A stretch of 64,000 nt of DNA from an uncultured Dehalococcoidia bacterium (GTDB lineage Bacteria; Chloroflexota; Dehalococcoidia; Lucifugimonadales; UBA2985), in assembly GCA_964573055.1 (NCBI GenBank), contig CAZNIG010000030.1, positions 20,699 to 84,698 on the forward strand, in the 5' to 3' direction. The notes under the pieces are model-generated. The model made no database searches, was not told the DNA's origin, and worked only from the letters and a program-made list of their open reading frames with translations. The translations under genes and the position numbers were made by a program. Numbering within the stretch: position 1 is the first letter of the stretch; every line of letters begins with the position of its first letter. Positions 44,993-55,759 of the stretch are shown piece by piece.

Positions 44993-46384
44993 TTAAGTAT
45001 GTATAGATTGATCAAAGACTGCCATAGCTGCTTCCTTGACTGTTTCAGATAGCGACGGGTGGGAATGAACAAGCCATGCTAGTTCTTTTGTGGTGCCTTT
45101 TAACAACTGAGTCGCCATAATTTCAGGTAATATTTCTGTGACCTCCGGCCCTATCAAATGAGCCCCTAAGATTGCTCCAGTCTTATTGTCTGCTATTACC
45201 TTGACTAGGCCTTCGCTTTCTGCCATTGCAAGCGCCTTGCCGTTTGCTCTCAAGGGAAATCGGCCAACAGCAATGTCTAAGTCTTCGTTTCTAGCTTGTG
45301 TTTCCGTGTATCCGAAGCTAGTTACTTGAGGTGAGCAATAGGTGGCTCTTGGCAATTTGTTATATTCTAGAAGAGGGCTCTCCATTCCTGCTATTGTTTC
45401 TACGGCTAATATAGCCTGTGCAGAGGCCACGTGTGCCAGTGGCATTTTCCCCGTGACATCTCCTACAGCGTAAATATTAGGGGCTGTCGTTTGCATCCAT
45501 TCATTTATTTGAATGAATGTTTCGTTCATATTTATCCCGGCATTGGATAGGCCGATTGACTCCGTGTTGCCTTCTAGTCCAGCTGCAATTAGTATTGTTT
45601 GGCTTTTTATGGCTGTTTCCCCATTGGGAGAATTGACTATCAGATCGACACCGCAAGATGTCCGGTTAACATTAATTACCCTAGCATCTAGAATGGTGGT
45701 TATTCCCTGTTTGGTGAATGAACGGTGGAGTTCGGCACTTATTTCTTCGTCTTCATTTGGCAGTAGTCTTGGCATAATTTCCACTATTGTCACTGATGCG
45801 CCATAGGTACGGTAAAGATATGCAAATTCCACGCCCGTGGCCCCACCTCCTATTATGGTAATAGAGGAAGGTACTTCTTTCAGATCTAATGCCTCCCTGC
45901 TGGTTATGATAGTTTCCCCATCTATATCTAGGTCCGGTATCGCCTTTGGTCTTGCTCCTGTCGCCAGGATAATGTTTTTGCTGACTAACTTGGTAACTGA
46001 ATTGCTTTCTACGTCTAAGGTGTTACTGTCAATCAGAGAAGCGTGGCCACTTATGTAATCAACTTTATTATTTCTTAGAAGAGATCGAATTCCAGTTGTT
46101 AATCTTTTAACGACTCTTCTGCTCCGCGATATTGCTTTACTGAAATCGTATGTCAATCCAGTTACAGATATGCCAAATTCTTCGGCTCGCTTGAATAAGG
46201 ATAATACTTCAGCATTTCTTAGGAGGGATTTGGTAGGTATACAGCCCCAGTTGAGACAAACACCTCCAATGTCTTCTTTTTCTAACAAAGCAGTCCGTAG
46301 ACCAAGCTGGGAGGCTCTTATGGCTGCTACATAACCACCCGGACCGCCTCCAACTACGAGAAGATCGTATTCTGTGATTGTCAT
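44993..46384 (-). CDS. lpdA: Dihydrolipoyl dehydrogenase
   Basis: 463 aa with the FAD site 'VVGGGPGGYVAA', the redox disulfide 'GGVCLNWGCIPTK', the NAD site 'IIGGGATGVEFA' and the C-terminal 'HSHPSLSE'. Confidence 0.9.
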   Translation of the reverse strand: MTITEYDLLVVGGGPGGYVAAIRASQLGLRTALLEKEDIGGVCLNWGCIPTKSLLRNAEVLSLFKRAEEFGISVTGLTYDFSKAISRSRRVVKRLTTGIRSLLRNNKVDYISGHASLIDSNTLDVESNSVTKLVSKNIILATGARPKAIPDLDIDGETIITSREALDLKEVPSSITIIGGGATGVEFAYLYRTYGASVTIVEIMPRLLPNEDEEISAELHRSFTKQGITTILDARVINVNRTSCGVDLIVNSPNGETAIKSQTILIAAGLEGNTESIGLSNAGINMNETFIQINEWMQTTAPNIYAVGDVTGKMPLAHVASAQAILAVETIAGMESPLLEYNKLPRATYCSPQVTSFGYTETQARNEDLDIAVGRFPLRANGKALAMAESEGLVKVIADNKTGAILGAHLIGPEVTEILPEIMATQLLKGTTKELAWLVHSHPSLSETVKEAAMAVFDQSIHT

Positions 46385-46548
46385 TTGTCTGCTTGGTTTT
46401 CCTTATTAAAGAGTCCGTTACTAGGAATTCGAGTATACCATCAGGCTGATCTGGAACCAAGAACCCATGAGTTAGTCTTGGAGCGGGACGAATCAAATTG
46501 GAGGTTGAGATTAATACTACGAAAAAACCGTTATATGCGGGTACGCTG

Positions 46549-46578
46549 TTGTGATCTGCTTACCGCGTACAATATAAT
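46549..46578 (+). promoter_or_regulatory. Candidate dnaJ promoter (TTGTGA-N18-TATAAT)
   Basis: TTGTGA at 46549-46554 and TATAAT at 46573-46578. A 6-bp inverted repeat GTACGC/GCGTAC brackets the spacer. Confidence 0.4.
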
Positions 46579-46612
46579 GTGATTCGCCTGATACTTACAG
46601 AGAAAGAGTCTT

Positions 46613-47737
46613 ATGTCTAGCGAGAAAGATTATTATAGGGTCTTGGGGGTTCCTAGGACTGCTTCCCAAGAGGAAATTAGAACCACATTTCGTCGGTTGG
46701 CGTTGGAATATCATCCGGATCGCAATAAGAGCCCAGATGCCCAAGCCAAATTTAAGGAAGTTAATGCTGCATATCAAGTGTTGAGTGACCCCGAGAAAAG
46801 GGCGCAATACGATAGGTATGGGCGAGTTGGGCCATCATCTGGGTCAGGATATGGCCGCGGCTTTCATGGGGCAGATAGCTTTGGCGGGTTTGGAGATATA
46901 TTTGATGCCTTTTTTGGAGGATCAGGAGGGGGGGCGCGTAATTCTGCTAGACCTGGGAGGGATATTCGCTCTAGGGTGACCCTATCATTTGAAGAGGCAG
47001 TTTTTGGAGTCGAAAAGGAAATCGAACTTGGGCGTATAGAATCGTGCGGTCGCTGTGAGGGGACTGCTTGTGAGCCAGGGAGTTCTAGGGAGCAGTGTAC
47101 TCCTTGTGGTGGGTCAGGGCAGGTTCGTAGAACATCGCAGAGCATATTTGGGCAATTTACTCAGGTGGCTACTTGCGAACGTTGTAAGGGTGAGGGTACC
47201 TTGGCATCCAACCCGTGTACCCAGTGTGACGGCATAGGTCTCGAACGTCGTCAAAGAAGAATTAGCGTGGATATTCCTGCAGGGGTTGATAACGGTATGC
47301 AGGTACGTTTGACTAGGGAAGGGGATGCAGGTAGCCGCGGTGGCCGCCCTGGAAATTTGTATGTTGATTTGGTAGTAAAGCCACACAAAACGTTCAGTCG
47401 TAGAGACAATGATATTTTGATGGAACTACAGATAAACTTTGCTCAAGCTGCCCTTGGAGATGAAGTTTCAGTTCCTACACTGAATGGGCCGCAAACATTG
47501 AGGATACCGGAGGGAACTCAATCTGGAACTGTTTTACGGATTAAAGGAAAAGGTGTGCCGTATTCTTCCGGCGGGAAGCGCGGAGATCACCTTGTGATAG
47601 TTGGAGTCGTTACCCCCAATTCGCTTGACGGTCGCCAGAAGGAGCTGTTCGAAGAGTTATCCAGAACCTTGAGTGATGCCTCGGATAAACCGAAAGGCTG
47701 GGTTGGTAAGGTAAAAGATGCTTTGGGTAAGGAATGA
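46613..47737 (+). CDS. dnaJ: Molecular chaperone DnaJ
   Basis: 374 aa with the J domain 'DYYRVLGV...HPDRN', a G/F region and four CxxCxGxG zinc-finger repeats. No dnaK or grpE is adjacent. Confidence 0.92.
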   Translation: MSSEKDYYRVLGVPRTASQEEIRTTFRRLALEYHPDRNKSPDAQAKFKEVNAAYQVLSDPEKRAQYDRYGRVGPSSGSGYGRGFHGADSFGGFGDIFDAFFGGSGGGARNSARPGRDIRSRVTLSFEEAVFGVEKEIELGRIESCGRCEGTACEPGSSREQCTPCGGSGQVRRTSQSIFGQFTQVATCERCKGEGTLASNPCTQCDGIGLERRQRRISVDIPAGVDNGMQVRLTREGDAGSRGGRPGNLYVDLVVKPHKTFSRRDNDILMELQINFAQAALGDEVSVPTLNGPQTLRIPEGTQSGTVLRIKGKGVPYSSGGKRGDHLVIVGVVTPNSLDGRQKELFEELSRTLSDASDKPKGWVGKVKDALGKE

Positions 47738-47930
47738 TATTGAGTTACGACCGATTGATAAGTAGTCGCCTCGCATTGTGACCCAGTTTCCTGTATCTAC
47801 ACAATCTTGCTGAGCCTATTTGGGCATAGATGTATCATTTTTGGCCCCTATCTGTGCTGGATACATATGGGGTGAATCTACAGTTTGTGCGTTCAAATAG
47901 AGGCTTCTATTGATAATGGGAGATCGCGAT

Positions 47931-48866
47931 ATGACACAAGAAATGGTGAATAATAGTTGGTTGGAATTAAGTATCACCGCTCCTGCGGAGTACGTAGAAC
48001 CACTTTCGGTTGTATTCCAGCGTTACGGTCATGGGGGAGTAGTTATTGAGCAACTAGGTGGATATAATCCTGATGAAGGTGACGACATAGACGACACTTC
48101 TGACGCTATTCTAAGAGTATATCTTCCAGTTGATTCGACTACTGAATCTCGCAAACAGCAAATCAAGGTAGCGGTGGACCTCATATCTCGGTTATGTACT
48201 GTTTCACCGATTTATGAAAAAATATTGGATGAAGGCGAGTGGATGGAATCCTGGAAGAATCATTTCGCCTTGATCAAAGTTGGTCGTGTAGTGATATGTC
48301 CTACTTGGATGGATTATCAAGCTGCAGGCGAAGAATTGGTTATGCGAATAGATCCGGGAATGGCGTTTGGCACTGGACATCATCCTACGACTCACATGTG
48401 TTTGGCAGAGATAGAAAATCTAATGCCTTTAGGAGCAAATGTATTAGATCTGGGTACAGGCTCTGGGATTCTATCTATTGCTGCTGCAATGTTGGGGGCT
48501 GGCAGTATTGTGGCCTTGGATACCGATCCTTCTGCGGTAAGAATTGCGGCAGAGAATTTTCGATTGAATGAAGTGGATAATGTTGCCAATGTGAATACAG
48601 GTACCCTTTCTGTAGGCGAGAAGCCTTTGGGGATGTTCGACTTAGTAGTTGCCAACATATATACCAAGGTTATATTAGAAGTAGCTCAGGCATTAGTGTC
48701 GAACTTATCTCGGAAGGGAAGATTAGTGGTATCTGGCATTATGGCTGAACGGTCAGAGGAAGTTGAAATATGCTTCAGAGGTTATGGTTGCGATGTATTG
48801 AAAAAGTGCATTGAAGGAGACTGGGCAATGTTAGTAATCGGCAAGGCAGAGTATACAGGTGCATAG
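47931..48866 (+). CDS. prmA: Ribosomal protein L11 methyltransferase
   Basis: Carries 'FGTGHHPTT' and the SAM motif 'VLDLGTGSGILSIAA'. The ORF is open from TTG 47910. I favour ATG 47931, 7 nt after GGGAGA. Confidence 0.85.
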   Translation: MTQEMVNNSWLELSITAPAEYVEPLSVVFQRYGHGGVVIEQLGGYNPDEGDDIDDTSDAILRVYLPVDSTTESRKQQIKVAVDLISRLCTVSPIYEKILDEGEWMESWKNHFALIKVGRVVICPTWMDYQAAGEELVMRIDPGMAFGTGHHPTTHMCLAEIENLMPLGANVLDLGTGSGILSIAAAMLGAGSIVALDTDPSAVRIAAENFRLNEVDNVANVNTGTLSVGEKPLGMFDLVVANIYTKVILEVAQALVSNLSRKGRLVVSGIMAERSEEVEICFRGYGCDVLKKCIEGDWAMLVIGKAEYTGA

Positions 48867-49620
48867 GTTTTTTATAGAAGCCGGCGATTTTACGAAATCT
48901 AATTTAAAAATAGATGGACCTGTGGCGCGTCAGATTACAAGGGTGTTGCGTTTAGAAGTTGGGGATAATGTAGTATTGCTAGACAATGCAGGTTGGGAAT
49001 ATATAGTCACTCTGGAGGATGTCACTGCCTCAGAGATCAGCTTTCGAATCTTAGACAAGTATTTAGGTAATGGCGAACCATCTATAAAGATAACTTTATG
49101 TCAGGCTTTACTCAAAGGGGGGAAATTGGAAACCGTCTGGCAGAAAGGTACAGAACTCGGCATATCCACTTTTATCCCAATGGTATCTAGCCGCGCTATA
49201 AATCGCGGGGGTAGTAATTCACCTGATAGTAAACATGAGCGTTGGCATAGAGTAATCTCTGAGGCGGCAGAACAATCTGGACGGTCTCTTATACCAAAAC
49301 TCTCTCCAATCGAACCTTTCCAAGAGGCTATAGTTAAGTCACAGGGTGTTCGTCTGTTGGCTTGGGAAGAAGAAGTATTACAGAGTAATGGTGGGCTTAG
49401 TTTAAAATCATATCTGATTGATAATATAGACAAGATTGCTAGGGATGGCCTGAGTATCTTCGTCGGTCCAGAGGGGGGCTTCGACAGATATGAAATAGAA
49501 CATGCTTGGGAGCTTGGAGTGCGATCTGTGAGCTTAGGTCGACGTATTTTGCGTGCTGAAACAGCTGGATTGGTAATGGCGTCAGCAGTAATGTATGAGT
49601 TGGGAGAATTAGGAGGCTGA
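48859..49620 (+). CDS. rsmE: 16S rRNA (uracil1498-N3)-methyltransferase
   Basis: 253 aa with the N-terminal 'MHRFFIE' and the SPOUT C-terminus 'GPEGGF...E' and 'LGRRILRAETA'. It overlaps the prmA stop. Confidence 0.85.
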   Translation: MHRFFIEAGDFTKSNLKIDGPVARQITRVLRLEVGDNVVLLDNAGWEYIVTLEDVTASEISFRILDKYLGNGEPSIKITLCQALLKGGKLETVWQKGTELGISTFIPMVSSRAINRGGSNSPDSKHERWHRVISEAAEQSGRSLIPKLSPIEPFQEAIVKSQGVRLLAWEEEVLQSNGGLSLKSYLIDNIDKIARDGLSIFVGPEGGFDRYEIEHAWELGVRSVSLGRRILRAETAGLVMASAVMYELGELGG

Positions 49621-49717
49621 GCTTAAATAGTTATGCCGGTACGGGTTGTATATGACTGTATATTTCCACCGAGGGATTTTGGGATTAATATGGTCAAATT
49701 CACAGAGGCTTAGAACA

Positions 49718-50590
49718 TCATTTCTCCAACTTGGTTGTCATATAACTCAGAAGGGTTTGGGCCGAATTGTAATCCCTTGTACCTCCTTTGAAGATTGGCG
49801 GAATCAAATATATGTTCCTGAAACCTTTTGACACAAATTTGTCGTATAGCTCCATGGCTATAGATACTCCGTCACGACCACTTTCTAATTCTTTTTTGAT
49901 CTTGTTGGGGACTTTGCCAAATGTGGGACTATTGGATGCCAATATCTGCAAACCAACGAATAATGGCCTTTCAAACCTTTCGTTCAAGGTAGAGTAATTG
50001 TCTTGGAAACGTTCTAGGCTTTCAGTGTCATAGATTGGTTGGGTAACGAAAAAATCTGCTCCAGCTACAACCTTCTTATGCGTTAATATCGATTCCTCTT
50101 GAATATTATTTCCGAGGTCAATCGTAGCTCCGGCACAGAAATTTGTAGGGGTGAGGAGCTTTCGTCCACTGTAATCCTGTCCTAAATTCATGGATTTGGT
50201 GGCAGCAATTAGTTGAGTGGTGGTGAAATCTTTAACGCTCTTAATCGAGGCCAAGTCCACCTTAGAGAAGGCGTCGCCTCCTACTATCAGTACATTCTCT
50301 AAGCCCAGTAAATCGGCGCCTAAAAGGTGGGTTTGGATTGCTAGTTTGTTCATATCTCGAGTTGCTAAAGTGAATATAACCTCTTTTTGGGTGAGCTTTC
50401 TTATTGTGTATGCTAGCATGGCTGGATCTACTCGAACAGATTGCCCTGGGCTATATGCGGTGCACAAGAATGTGGCATCTAAAGATGCTGCGTTGCACTG
50501 AAGCATTGGGTCGGATCCTTTTGGGGGAGAGAAGTCGCAAATAATCACGGGCTCATTCGAGTTATTCAATATGTCTGTGACCTTACCCAT
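49718..50590 (-). CDS. Methylenetetrahydrofolate reductase-like protein
   Basis: 290 aa, MTHFR-family-like TIM barrel ('ICDFSPPKG', 'LATRDMNK', 'NVLIVGGD', 'FFVTQPIYD'). Confidence 0.6.
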   Translation of the reverse strand: MGKVTDILNNSNEPVIICDFSPPKGSDPMLQCNAASLDATFLCTAYSPGQSVRVDPAMLAYTIRKLTQKEVIFTLATRDMNKLAIQTHLLGADLLGLENVLIVGGDAFSKVDLASIKSVKDFTTTQLIAATKSMNLGQDYSGRKLLTPTNFCAGATIDLGNNIQEESILTHKKVVAGADFFVTQPIYDTESLERFQDNYSTLNERFERPLFVGLQILASNSPTFGKVPNKIKKELESGRDGVSIAMELYDKFVSKGFRNIYLIPPIFKGGTRDYNSAQTLLSYMTTKLEK

Positions 50591-50789
50591 GATGTCTTTA
50601 GTCTTTCTTTAGCTTTAGGTGTTATCGACAACGAGAATAATATTCCCATGACATTTTAATAGCTAGGCAACAAAATAAACAATAAATATCGGTATAACTG
50701 TGAGTTCGAAGTCTGCGCCTGGATTTTTGAGCAATTACCTGAGCATAAAGAGGCATAGAATAGATGGTTCATACCTGATCTTTCAGAGC

Positions 50790-50818
50790 TTTACAACAAT
50801 TGCTTCTAGCTTTACAAT
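50790..50818 (+). promoter_or_regulatory. Candidate greA-lysS promoter (TTTACA-N17-TACAAT)
   Basis: TTTACA at 50790-50795 and TACAAT at 50813-50818. Both hexamers lie inside a 10-bp direct repeat, AGCTTTACAA at 50787 and 50808. Confidence 0.45.
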
Positions 50819-50881
50819 TAGGCTTGGCTGAGGGACGAATTCAAGTGCTCCTCTCAGTTTTTTTGTGTTTATGGGGGGAAA

Positions 50882-51352
50882 GTGGCAGGTAAGAGTAACT
50901 ATCTCACTAAAGAGGGCTTCGCCAACGTTGAGGCAGAGCTTAAGCACCTGATCACCTCGCGGCGGCAGGAAATAGCCGGTCGTATCCAGAGAGCTAAAGA
51001 AGTGGGTGGAACTGTCGATAACGCCGAATATGACGAATCGAAGAACGAACAAGCTTTTGTAGAGGGCCGAATATTGGATCTAGAAAAGATGATTCGCGAG
51101 GTGGTTATAATCGACGAAAGAGTCTCTAAGGGAGGTTTGGTACAGTTGGGAGCACGTGTCACTGTGATGAATGATGGGGGAGTTAAAGAGAATTACGTAA
51201 TTGTCGGGAAGGCTGAGACCGATCCGTCCCGAGGTCGAATATCCAACGAATCTCCGGTTGGCAAGGCACTGTTGGGTAAGAAGGTGGGTGACCAAGTTCA
51301 GATAAACACCCCAGCCGGTAAAGTGGTCTTCACTGTATCCGGTATCAGCTAG
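50882..51352 (+). CDS. greA: Transcription elongation factor GreA
   Basis: 156 aa with 'LTKEGFANVEAELKHL', 'ENAEYDE'-type 'DNAEYDESK' and the C-terminal 'ISNESPVGKALLGKKVGD'. GTG start. Confidence 0.9.
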   Translation: MAGKSNYLTKEGFANVEAELKHLITSRRQEIAGRIQRAKEVGGTVDNAEYDESKNEQAFVEGRILDLEKMIREVVIIDERVSKGGLVQLGARVTVMNDGGVKENYVIVGKAETDPSRGRISNESPVGKALLGKKVGDQVQINTPAGKVVFTVSGIS

Positions 51353-51379
51353 TTGCTTAATCAAGGACGGTAATAGGCC

Positions 51380-52861
51380 GTGGAGAAAAAAGGCGGAGAT
51401 TTACTACTAAGCCGCCGTGATAAGTTCCGTAGGTTGCTAGACAGAAAGATTGAGCCGTTTCCTAGCCAGTACCACCGATCTCATACTAACCAGGAGGCGG
51501 TGTCTCTTTTCAGAGAAGAGGAGTCTAGGCTAGGATCTCAGGCTCGCACTGAATCTGTCTCTGTGGCTGGGCGTGTCATGGGAATAAGAGGCATGGGAAA
51601 GGCGACTTTCCTTGACTTGAGAGATGGCTCTGGCCAGCTTCAAGTGCATATCCGTAGGGATAAACTTGGGGAAGATTACGAGCTTGTGCGGGACCTGGAT
51701 ATTGGGGATTTCTTAGGTGCTGAAGGCTCATTGTTCCTGACGCGCACGGGAGAAATAACAGTCGATGCGCTGGAAATCAAATTTCTAGCTAAAGCCATGC
51801 GGTCACTTCCAGAAAAATGGCACGGCCTATCTGACGTTGAGATAAGGCATAGGCAACGCTACCTGGATTTAATTACTAATCAGGTCACAAGTGATAATTT
51901 TCGCCTCAGAAGCCGAGTGATTGCTGCGATGAGGCGTTTCTTGGATAACTTAGGTTTCTTGGAAGTTGAGACTCCGGTTCTGGTACCTGTTGCCGCTGGG
52001 GCTATGGCTCATCCATTTATGACTCACCATAATGCGTTAGATAGAGATCTATACCTTCGTATAGCTACCGAATTGTACTTAAAGCGTTTGATTATCGGAG
52101 GCTTGGATAAAGTTTATGAAATTGGGCGTGTGTTTCGAAATGAAGGGATAGATCTTGATCACAATCCAGAATTTACCCTTCTGGAGAGCTATGAAGCATA
52201 TTCCGATTATAATGATGTAATGGTAATGGTGGAAAATATGGTAGAAAGCATAGCACTTGAAACGCTTGGAACTACCAATGTTCAATTTGGTGAGCATATT
52301 ATAGATTTCTCATCTCCTTGGAAGCGGCTATCTTTGAGAGAAGAGGTGGCCAAAGCAACAGGAATAGATTTCCAAGAATTCGATACCGCCTCTTCTCTAT
52401 GGCATCGAATGGATGAAATTGGAATAAAATCTGACAACAAAAGCAGCAGGGGTAAGCTAATAGATAAATTGGTATCATTTAGTGTTGAGCCACAGTTGAT
52501 TCAACCTACGTTTCTGGTGGACTATCCCCTGGACATGTCTCCCTTGGCTAAACAGAAATCTGATAATCCATTCATTGCTGAGCGTTTCGAGGGTTTTGCT
52601 GGCGGTATGGAGATTGCCAACTCTTTTTCGGAGTTGAATGACCCTGACGAGCAGAGAAGACGGTTTTTAGAACAAGAGCAAATGCGGAGATCTTTGGGTG
52701 AGGAAATGGATCGTTTGGACGAAGATTTCCTTGTTGCTCTTGAGCATGGTATGCCGCCTACAGGTGGACTAGGTATGGGTATTGATAGGCTGGTTATGTT
52801 ATTTACAGGCCAGCCATCTATTCGCGAGGTTATACTTTTTCCGCAGTTGAAAGACAAATAG
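51380..52861 (+). CDS. lysS: Lysine--tRNA ligase (class II)
   Basis: 493 aa with an OB anticodon-binding domain, motif 2 'VFRNEGID..HNPEFT' and motif 3 'GGLGMGIDRLVM'. Confidence 0.92.
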   Translation: MEKKGGDLLLSRRDKFRRLLDRKIEPFPSQYHRSHTNQEAVSLFREEESRLGSQARTESVSVAGRVMGIRGMGKATFLDLRDGSGQLQVHIRRDKLGEDYELVRDLDIGDFLGAEGSLFLTRTGEITVDALEIKFLAKAMRSLPEKWHGLSDVEIRHRQRYLDLITNQVTSDNFRLRSRVIAAMRRFLDNLGFLEVETPVLVPVAAGAMAHPFMTHHNALDRDLYLRIATELYLKRLIIGGLDKVYEIGRVFRNEGIDLDHNPEFTLLESYEAYSDYNDVMVMVENMVESIALETLGTTNVQFGEHIIDFSSPWKRLSLREEVAKATGIDFQEFDTASSLWHRMDEIGIKSDNKSSRGKLIDKLVSFSVEPQLIQPTFLVDYPLDMSPLAKQKSDNPFIAERFEGFAGGMEIANSFSELNDPDEQRRRFLEQEQMRRSLGEEMDRLDEDFLVALEHGMPPTGGLGMGIDRLVMLFTGQPSIREVILFPQLKDK

Positions 52862-52960
52862 TTATTTAGTAACAATTGATAAAAGTTTCAAGCTGATATC
52901 AAAAACTCATATCCGGTTTGGGCCAAATAATGTTCAGAGCCTTCCTAATTGGGAATATAT

Positions 52961-54223
52961 ATGATTAGCATAGATTTGATACGACAGAATCCTGACATGG
53001 TAAGAAAGGCGTTGATGGGTAGAGGCGAAGAAAATTCGCTGGAAGATATTATCTTATTAGATGCTGAGCGTAGGTCTACATTGACTCAGACAGAGTCTTC
53101 CAGAGCAAAGCGGAATAAAGTTAGCAAAGATATTAGTCGTATGAAGGAAAAGCCACCGGAGTTAGTCGCAGCCATGCGAGAAGAAGGGGACCTTATAAAA
53201 TCACTTGAAGAGAAAGTTAAGGCCTTAGAAGCTGATCTGGAATATCATTTGCTTCAGTTGCCTAACTTGCCGCTTGGGGATGTTCCAAAAGGAAAAGATG
53301 AAGCCAACAATGTAATAGTTGAAACTTGGGGTAACCCGGTTGAATTACCATTTAAGCCTTTGCCCCACTGGGAGCTGGGGGAAAAGCTGGGTATCATAGA
53401 CCTTCAAGCTGGAGCCAAGCTTGCAGGTTCGAGATTTTTCACGCTTTCAGGCGGGGCGGCTAAACTTCAGAGGGCTTTAATAAGTTGGATGTTGGATTTG
53501 CATACTCGTGAACATGGTTATAAGGAAGTTTATTTGCCATATATGGTTCGTCGAGAGGTGATGGTTGGCAGCGGAAATCTTCCAAAATTCAGCGATAACC
53601 TGTACAAGGATGATGAAGGTGACTTGTGGCTTATACCGACAGCTGAGGTTCCTTTGACAGGCATCCATCGAGATGAAATTCTTGCTTTCGAATCTTTACC
53701 GCTTTCGTATGTTGCCCATACTCCTTCATTTAGAAAAGAGAAGGCAGCCGCAGGGAGAGATACTAGAGGAATAAAGCGAGTTCACCAATTCGACAAAGTA
53801 GAACTCTACAAAATTGTGGATCCAGACTCGTCAGAGGAGGAACTCAGGAAATTACTTATGGATGCCTCAGAAGTGTGTAGGAGCTTGGATATCCCGTATA
53901 GAGTGGTCCAGCTTTGTGCTGGAGATATGGGATTCGCGTCAGCCAAATCATTTGACTTAGAGATGTGGGCTCCCGGTTGTGGGGAATGGTTAGAAGTGAG
54001 TTCTTGTTCAAATTGTACCGATTTTCAGGCAAGGCGTTCTAACATTCGGTTTAGGCCGGCTGGAGGTGGGCGGCCACAATATGTACATACTCTCAATGGT
54101 TCAGGGCTCGCTTTGCCTAGAGTTCTCATTGCCATAATGGAAACATATCAAAAGGAAGACGGAACCATAGAGGTTCCAATGGTGCTGCGGCCGTATATTG
54201 GTCAGAGCATCATTAGCGAGTGA
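52961..54223 (+). CDS. serS: Serine--tRNA ligase
   Basis: Carries 'MISIDLIRQNPD', an N-terminal coiled-coil arm, 'SFRKEKAAAGRDTRGIKRVHQFDKVE' and 'TLNGSGLALPR'. The track ORF begins at TTG 52949. ATG 52961 gives the usual N-terminus. Confidence 0.9.
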   Translation: MISIDLIRQNPDMVRKALMGRGEENSLEDIILLDAERRSTLTQTESSRAKRNKVSKDISRMKEKPPELVAAMREEGDLIKSLEEKVKALEADLEYHLLQLPNLPLGDVPKGKDEANNVIVETWGNPVELPFKPLPHWELGEKLGIIDLQAGAKLAGSRFFTLSGGAAKLQRALISWMLDLHTREHGYKEVYLPYMVRREVMVGSGNLPKFSDNLYKDDEGDLWLIPTAEVPLTGIHRDEILAFESLPLSYVAHTPSFRKEKAAAGRDTRGIKRVHQFDKVELYKIVDPDSSEEELRKLLMDASEVCRSLDIPYRVVQLCAGDMGFASAKSFDLEMWAPGCGEWLEVSSCSNCTDFQARRSNIRFRPAGGGRPQYVHTLNGSGLALPRVLIAIMETYQKEDGTIEVPMVLRPYIGQSIISE

Positions 54224-54307
54224 TACGGGGTCTACAAATTAACCGTTTATCGCTAACAAGGCTTGTTTGAGTCAGGATACACTGCCGATAGTTAATTTTC
54301 ATCAATG

Positions 54308-55759
54308 CTAGGATTGAATTATTGGCAGCGAAGATGATCCTGTTAGGTATTTGTCTATGCCATGGGCTGCTTTGCGACCTTCTGCGATTGCCCATACTAC
54401 TAAAGATGCTCCCCGAGATGAGTCCCCAGCGGCGAATACACCTGGTACACTGGTCATCATCTCAGTATCAGTCTTTATGTTGCCACGTCCATCTAGGTCC
54501 AGACCAATCTCCGTGACTATACCTTCGTGTTCTGGATGTATGAATCCCATAGCTAGCAGAACCAAATCTGCCTCAATTGAAAAGTCACTGCCCGGTATTT
54601 CGATCATTGATGGCCGTCCAGATTCATCAGGATCTCCCCATTTTACCCTGACTGCATTAAGCCGCTGCACTTTTCCATTAGCTCCGTCGAATGATTTTGT
54701 AAGAACGTTGTAATCCCTTACTCCACCTTCTTCGTGTGCAGGAGAGGTTCTAAATATAACCGGCCATTGAGGCCAGGGGTTGCCTGGATTTCGCTGATTT
54801 GGCGGCTGAGGTAGGAGTTCCAGTTGATAGACTGCGTCTGCATTTTGTCTGTGAGTGGTACCAAGGCAATCTGCTCCCGTGTCACCTCCGCCTAATATTA
54901 CTACCCGTTTCCCATTTGCACTGATAGCGTCTTTTGGCTGTATTGTGTGCCCTGCTATTTTGAGGTTTTCTTGGGTGAGGTATTCCATTGCTAAGTGAAT
55001 TCCGTCGAGTGACCTTCCTGGTATTTGTAGATCACGGGCCTGACAGGCGCCAATAGTTAGGCAGACAGCATCGAAAGTGTCGTATATTTCAGTTAGGAGG
55101 ATATCCCGACCGACTTGAATGCCAGTACGGAATGTTATTCCTTCTTGTTCCATTAGGTCTACCCGTCTTTGTACTATCTGTTTTTCTAGTTTGAAGTCAG
55201 GTATTCCTAGTCGAAGCAATCCACCTATATAATCGCTCCTCTCGAATACTGTTACTGAGTGCCCTGCTCTATTCAATTGCTGAGCCGCGGCCAGACCGGC
55301 AGGTCCAGATCCTACTACGGCCACTTTGTTATTTGTTCTGGTGGCAGGCGGTTCTGGAGTGATCCACCCCTGTTCAAATCCTCTGTCTACTATAGCCTTT
55401 TCGATATATTCTATTGTGACAGGGTCTTCATTAATCGATAGCACGCAAGCTGGTTCGCATGGCGCAGGGCAGATTCTCCCTGTAAATTCGGGGAAGTTGT
55501 TTGTCGCATGTAGCCTCTGAAGCGCTTCTTTCCATTGGCCAACGTATATCAGATGGTTCCATTCTGGGATAAGATTGCCTAATGGGCAGCCTGTATGACA
55601 GAATGGGACTGCGCAGTTCATGCAGCGGGCACCCTGTTGTTCCGCATCTTTCGTATCCCAGCCTAGGTAGAGCTCCTGAGAGTCTTTCAGTCGCTCCTCA
55701 ATTTCCCGCTTTTTAGGGGGTTCCCTATGGAACTCCAGAAATCCTGTTGGTTTACCCAT
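54308..55759 (-). CDS. gltD: Glutamate synthase small (NADPH) subunit
   Basis: Carries 'GKPTGFLEF', the Fe-S Cys cluster 'CMNCAVPFCHTGCPLGN' and dinucleotide folds 'VAVVGSGPAGLAAA' and 'VVILGGGDTGADC'. I place the start at ATG 55759, overlapping the gltB stop (ATGGGTAA). The track ORF extends to 55777. Confidence 0.9.
   Translation of the reverse strand: MGKPTGFLEFHREPPKKREIEERLKDSQELYLGWDTKDAEQQGARCMNCAVPFCHTGCPLGNLIPEWNHLIYVGQWKEALQRLHATNNFPEFTGRICPAPCEPACVLSINEDPVTIEYIEKAIVDRGFEQGWITPEPPATRTNNKVAVVGSGPAGLAAAQQLNRAGHSVTVFERSDYIGGLLRLGIPDFKLEKQIVQRRVDLMEQEGITFRTGIQVGRDILLTEIYDTFDAVCLTIGACQARDLQIPGRSLDGIHLAMEYLTQENLKIAGHTIQPKDAISANGKRVVILGGGDTGADCLGTTHRQNADAVYQLELLPQPPNQRNPGNPWPQWPVIFRTSPAHEEGGVRDYNVLTKSFDGANGKVQRLNAVRVKWGDPDESGRPSMIEIPGSDFSIEADLVLLAMGFIHPEHEGIVTEIGLDLDGRGNIKTDTEMMTSVPGVFAAGDSSRGASLVVWAIAEGRKAAHGIDKYLTGSSSLPIIQS

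Noticed and set aside
46385-46612. A CIRCE (TTAGCACTC-N9-GAGTGCTAA) or HAIR heat-shock operator upstream of dnaJ.
   Set aside because: Neither consensus is present. There is only a 6-bp GTACGC/GCGTAC repeat.
50787-50817. A 10-bp direct repeat AGCTTTACAA, two copies spaced 21 bp apart, upstream of greA.
   Set aside because: The two copies supply the -35 (TTTACA) and -10 (TACAAT) of a well-spaced promoter. No further copies exist, so it is not a repeat family or iteron array.
51353-52960. T-box leaders upstream of lysS and serS (and cysS).
   Set aside because: The upstream gaps are 27 nt, 87-99 nt and an overlap, respectively. These are too short for a T-box.
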